From NCBI GenBank assembly GCA_026770705.1, contig JANJGN010000071.1:1860001-1924000 (forward strand): a DNA stretch of 64,000 nt, read 5' to 3'. Below, one piece after another: positions 59,563 through 64,000 of this stretch (the first letter of the stretch is position 1; each line of letters begins with the position of its first letter). The notes under the pieces were generated by a model, which saw only the letters and a list, made by a program, of their open reading frames with translations, searched no databases and was not told the DNA's origin. The position numbers and the translations under genes were made by a program. This DNA is from Isurus oxyrinchus. Lineage: Eukaryota.

Positions 59563-61433
59563 GTGTGAAACGGGGAGAGGGGGTGAGGAGGTTTGTGGAT
59601 GGGGGCAGGGATTGTGATTCCTTGAAACATGAGACAACCCACTGGGGGAGAGGGGGAGAGAGGGAGGAAGGGACTGAATGGGTCTGTGGTTGGTGTGGTT
59701 TGGAATGAAACGTTTCCCCAGAGACGACTTGATGCTGAGTCATTGGGGACAGAGATTCAGTGTCTCTCTCTCTCCCAGTCTGTCTCTCNNNNNNNNNNNN
59801 NNNNNNNNNNNNNNNNNNNNNNNNNNNNNNNNNNNNNNNNNNNNNNNNNNNNNNNNNNNNNNNNNNNNNNNNNNNNNNNNNNNNNNNNNNNNNNNNNNNN
59901 NNNNNNNNNNNNNNNNNNNNNNNNNNNNNNNCCCTCTCTGTCTATCTCTCTATCTCTCTCCCTCTGCTTCTCTATCTCTCTCTCTCTCTCTCCTCCTTTA
60001 ACATGGTCCTTATTAACTGGCTTTGTTAACTCAGCTTTTTGTCACCTGTCCCTTATATCTCATTATTTGTCTCAGAGATGGATTTATATGTGGTTAACAA
60101 TCCCCTGAAGAGCTTTGGGACAGTGTGCTACTTTAAGTGTGCTATATAAATGCAAGTTGTTGTAGTAACGTTGATCTGCCTCGATTCAGAATGGAAACAC
60201 GGAGAATCCTTCGACAGGGCGTGTGTGCAACAGGCTCGCAATAAATGCATTGCACGGCAACAACTAAGCATGTCCTTTGATGCTGATGCATCCCAGTCCT
60301 GCTGTGTGGACACATCACAACCGAGGGACTGCCTGACTGCGTGCAGCCAACATGGCAGAGTAGTAATTAGCAGAAATGTGACATCACTGAACCTTGTTAA
60401 CATTTCAGAATGTGCTTTCTGAATTCTGCATCTTGTTTATTCTGTGATAGATTAAAAGAAGCTTTTGCATTTTCTATAATATTACATTTATTGTCACAAG
60501 GGATTGAAATGCCCAGACAACTCTGTACAGATATATTTTTATTAAACATCTTACTCTGGGACAACCTCCCTGCTCCAATCTGTTAATTCATGTCATTGCA
60601 TTTCCCCACCAAATTATGTAAATTCTTGTGTCCACATTTATCATGAAAATTTCCCATGTAAACATGTCACACTGTACTTACACTCTCCTGCCAGTGGTGG
60701 TGCTGTAAGCACACCAAATACTTTCTCAGCGATTGCAGCACATCTCCCATTTGTCTTTACAATATTATTAAGATACAGGGAATGGGGACAATCTTCACAC
60801 TGTGGTTACGATGTTGTTAAGACAGAGAGCTGGTGAAACCTCCCCCCCCCTCCTGAGGCAGCATCTGTTCTGGCTGTGAGACCCCCACACTTATCCCACG
60901 CCCCCTGTTCATTTCTCCATCCCTGCTCTAACTTAGCGCTTTTACACATGAAGTGCGGGGCCCACAGGAAAGTGTGGAAGGGCTGCCCATCGCAGCTGGA
61001 ACAAGGAACCTGGCAGGTCTCCCAGGATAGAATGGCGGAGTGGGGGAGGGGGAGCAGTGGGGTCAATATCCACACCCTCCAGGAGGGCAGCATCACTCAT
61101 CAGGGAAACGCAGGGCCGAATGCCCCTCCACCCGGAACGCTGTCCACCATGATTTCAACGTCCTTCACCGGAAGCCTTTTGAAGGTTGCCGTGGCCAGAT
61201 TTCAATCGGCCGCTTGGTCACCATTGGTCCAAGCAGTCACTAAGCACCCACCTCTGCCCGCCCCTTTGCACTCATTCTGCAGCCACATCTTATGTGGGCA
61301 GGCCTTAATTAGCCCGGCCGCGTAAAATCGCAGCGCGGAGCTGATCGCGGGCGATAGTCGGATTCCTCACCGCCCCCAGCCCTGTGCACCCCTGCCGAGG
61401 GCAAAAATCTGACCTGAAGGATCCCAGCAGAAT

Positions 61434-64000
61434 AATAAAGAGGCAGAAATGATGATATGAGAGTAAACTAGCAAGAACCATAAACAATGACAGTGAGATG
61501 TTGTACATTAAAATAAGAGAGAAGCTACAGTAATAATGGGACACATAGAAAATCAGACTGGGGAATTAATAATGGGAAACAAGGAAATGACAGAGACTTT
61601 CAACAAGAATTTTGGGTCTGTCTTCACAGTAAAAATCTCTAAAACCATCCCAATAGCAGGAGAAAGTCACGGTGCAACAAGGAGGGAGGAACATAAAACA
61701 ATCACTATCACCAGAGAAAAAGTATTAAGAAAACTAATGAGACAAATGCTGACAAGTCCCATGGAGCAGACGGCCTGAATGTGAGGGTCTGAAAGGAAAT
61801 GGCTGCAGAGACGGTGGATGCATTGGTTGTAATCTTCCAGAATTCCTTAGATTATGGGAAGGTCCCAGTGGATTGGAAAAACATAAATAAAACATCTCTG
61901 TTCAATAAAGGGAGGAGGCAGAAAGCAAGAAACTACAGGTCAGTTAGTCTAATATCTGTCATTGGGAAAATACCAGAATTCATTATGAAGGAGGGAGCAG
62001 CAGGACATTTAGAAATCCATAATTCAATCAGACAGAGTCAACATGGGTTTGTGAAAGGGATATCATGTTTGAAAAAATAATTAGATTTCCTCGAGGATGT
62101 AACAAGTGGATTGGATAAATGGGAACCTGTAGATGTGGTGTATTAGGGACTATGACACAGCCAAGGGTAAAGGCTGAGTTGTTCAAATCCCAGAGGGAAA
62201 ATTGAAACAACTGTCATAACCTAATTTTGCTATTTGTAATTTCGAGATGAAGTCGTTGAATTCAGTAGGAATAAGACCACGGAGGCTTGTGGGTTTTTTT
62301 ATATAAAACTAAATAAACCATTTATTAATTTAACAACAAAATTAACACATACACATTGGCTACAAATAACTATTATAATAACTTTTTAACAAATCACCAA
62401 ATTAATCAACCCCACGTAAATCTCTACTAAGGCAACAATGAACCATTGACATAATATAGACACCAGGCAAAGCACATTTGACATTACGAGTTCCGAATGA
62501 GGTTCCTTTGCAAGTTGGTTGGAGGCTACAGGCTGGTTCGGTCTGAAATGCTCCTGCCTCACACACACAAACTCCTTCCTTTATATAGCTAGCTTTCCCT
62601 TTGAATGTAAATTTTCCATTGTATCACTCGGTCTTCTGAACTCCAGCTCTTCGAACAATAAAACCCCCTTTCATAGCACCAATTTCATTAGTAAGTTCAA
62701 GAAAAAACACATCTTTTGGCTCCTTCTAACTAGGTGCAAGACTTTACCCCCAGTCTGGAATGGTTTATTCAACAATTGCAAATGAACACTTTACTGTTCT
62801 CCTCACAATTCACCCAATTAACATCTCAAAACTACTAAACATCAAAGCACACAGAGCAGCTGGCTTTAATCCAATTAAGACACACACAGACACACCCCTA
62901 TACATGGACCACCACTAGAATTCTATTTGAAAATATTATTTCCAAGCACACGTTACACACAAATATCTCTTCATGACATTGCATTTCCAAAAGGCTTTCG
63001 ATAAGGTGCCACATCAAAGGATACTGCACAGGGTGAAATTGGATGGTGTTGGGGGGGATATATTAATATGGATAGAGGACTGGCTAACTGACAGGAAACA
63101 GAGAGCCAGGATAAATGGGTGATTTTCAGCTTGGTAAACTGTAACTAGTGGAGAGCCACAGGGATCAGTGCTGAGGCCTCAACTATTCACAATCTACATT
63201 AGTGACTTGGATGAAGGGACTGACTGTACTGTAGGCAGATTTTCTGACTGTGTGGTGAAGATAGGTAGGAAATATATAAGCTGGGCAGGAAAGCTAGTTC
63301 TGAGGAGGACACAAAGAGGCTGCAGAGGGAGATAAATAGTTTCCGTGAGTGGATAAAATAATGAGTGGATGGAATATAAAGAATGAAAATGTCAGGGTGT
63401 CCAGCTGATCCTACTTGTTCTGTTCTTATATTCTTATACAGACACAGGGTTTACTGACAGTGCACAGCAAAGTGCTGTTCTCCCACTTTGTTCCAGCTTC
63501 CTCATTTTGACTCACTGAGACACATCAGCTCTTTCTAATTAAATACACAGAGGGAGCAGCACAGGAAGAGGTCATTCAGCCCAAGCAGAGCGTGTGGGCA
63601 GTTCCTCCCCAGGCGAGCAGTCGGACAGGTCCTGGGTAAGTAACAGAACGATTGGAATTCACTTCCACGACCAACACCGTCCTTTGTTGATGTTGTGACT
63701 TTATAAAGACAGATTCCAATGATCGATGCCTTTGAAAGATTTCTACTGATTATTGAGATCTGGGTGTGAGGCTCAAGTCTGTTGTACAGAACATCTTTCT
63801 AGCTCAAGGGACATGAGCTTGGGGCATCCTGAGGTGGTGAAAGGTGCTATAGAAATGCAAGTCCTTCATTGTTTTTCTTTCTGAAAGCCTTGTAACTCTC
63901 TGCAGAACACCTATCATCCCACAGAGAATCAAATTAGTCTGTGAAGATATTGTCTAAAAGCAGTTCTGATCTCTCGAGAGCATTCAGACAAGAGGTGAAG
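61434..64000. repeat. Segmental duplicate of ~19500-22052 (CR1 + LTR-like insert + Siglec promoter)
   Basis: Colinear near-identity at an offset of ~41.9 kb. Confidence 0.95.
63490..63635 (+). promoter_or_regulatory. Promoter and non-coding exon 1 of the next Siglec paralogue (gene D), continuing beyond the window
   Basis: Paralogous to 21545-21688, donor CTGG|gtaagt at 63636; the window ends ~25 nt before the expected leader-exon acceptor. Confidence 0.6.

Noticed and set aside
60806-61420. GC-rich segment with a 149-aa ORF
   Set aside because: Resembles a dispersed non-autonomous transposon fragment (similar end at ~38400); no coding signature, and I could not define both termini

Overview
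Vertebrate genomic DNA with N-gaps, most likely from a cartilaginous fish (inferred from the 29-bp and 33-bp minisatellites and the SINE/CR1/Penelope repeat landscape). The window is a tandemly duplicated (offsets of about 39-43 kb), heavily rearranged cluster of plus-strand Siglec-like (CD22/MAG/CD33-type) Ig-superfamily receptor genes. Gene B (22121-35664) is nearly complete: leader, V-set domain with the essential Arg, D2, six almost identical 282-bp C2 exons (the 4th has an in-frame TAG), TM, and a tail with an ITIM plus a TxYxxI motif. Gene A (3809-4963) is a divergent V-set pseudogene cut by a Gypsy fragment. Gene C (51485-59562) is a leaderless, partly deleted paralogue. Gene D begins at the right edge. 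Orphan cytoplasmic exons lie at 14.2-17.4 kb. Interleaved are two copies of a TATA promoter plus signal-peptide exon (one with a 57-nt second exon). These look like the prepro part of a hepcidin-type peptide gene whose mature-peptide exon is missing, and they are now placed directly upstream of Siglec exons. Most rearrangement junctions fall in minisatellite arrays. Almost all long ORFs in the supplied track are repeat or N-gap artefacts; exon coordinates here were derived by hand from splice sites and phases.
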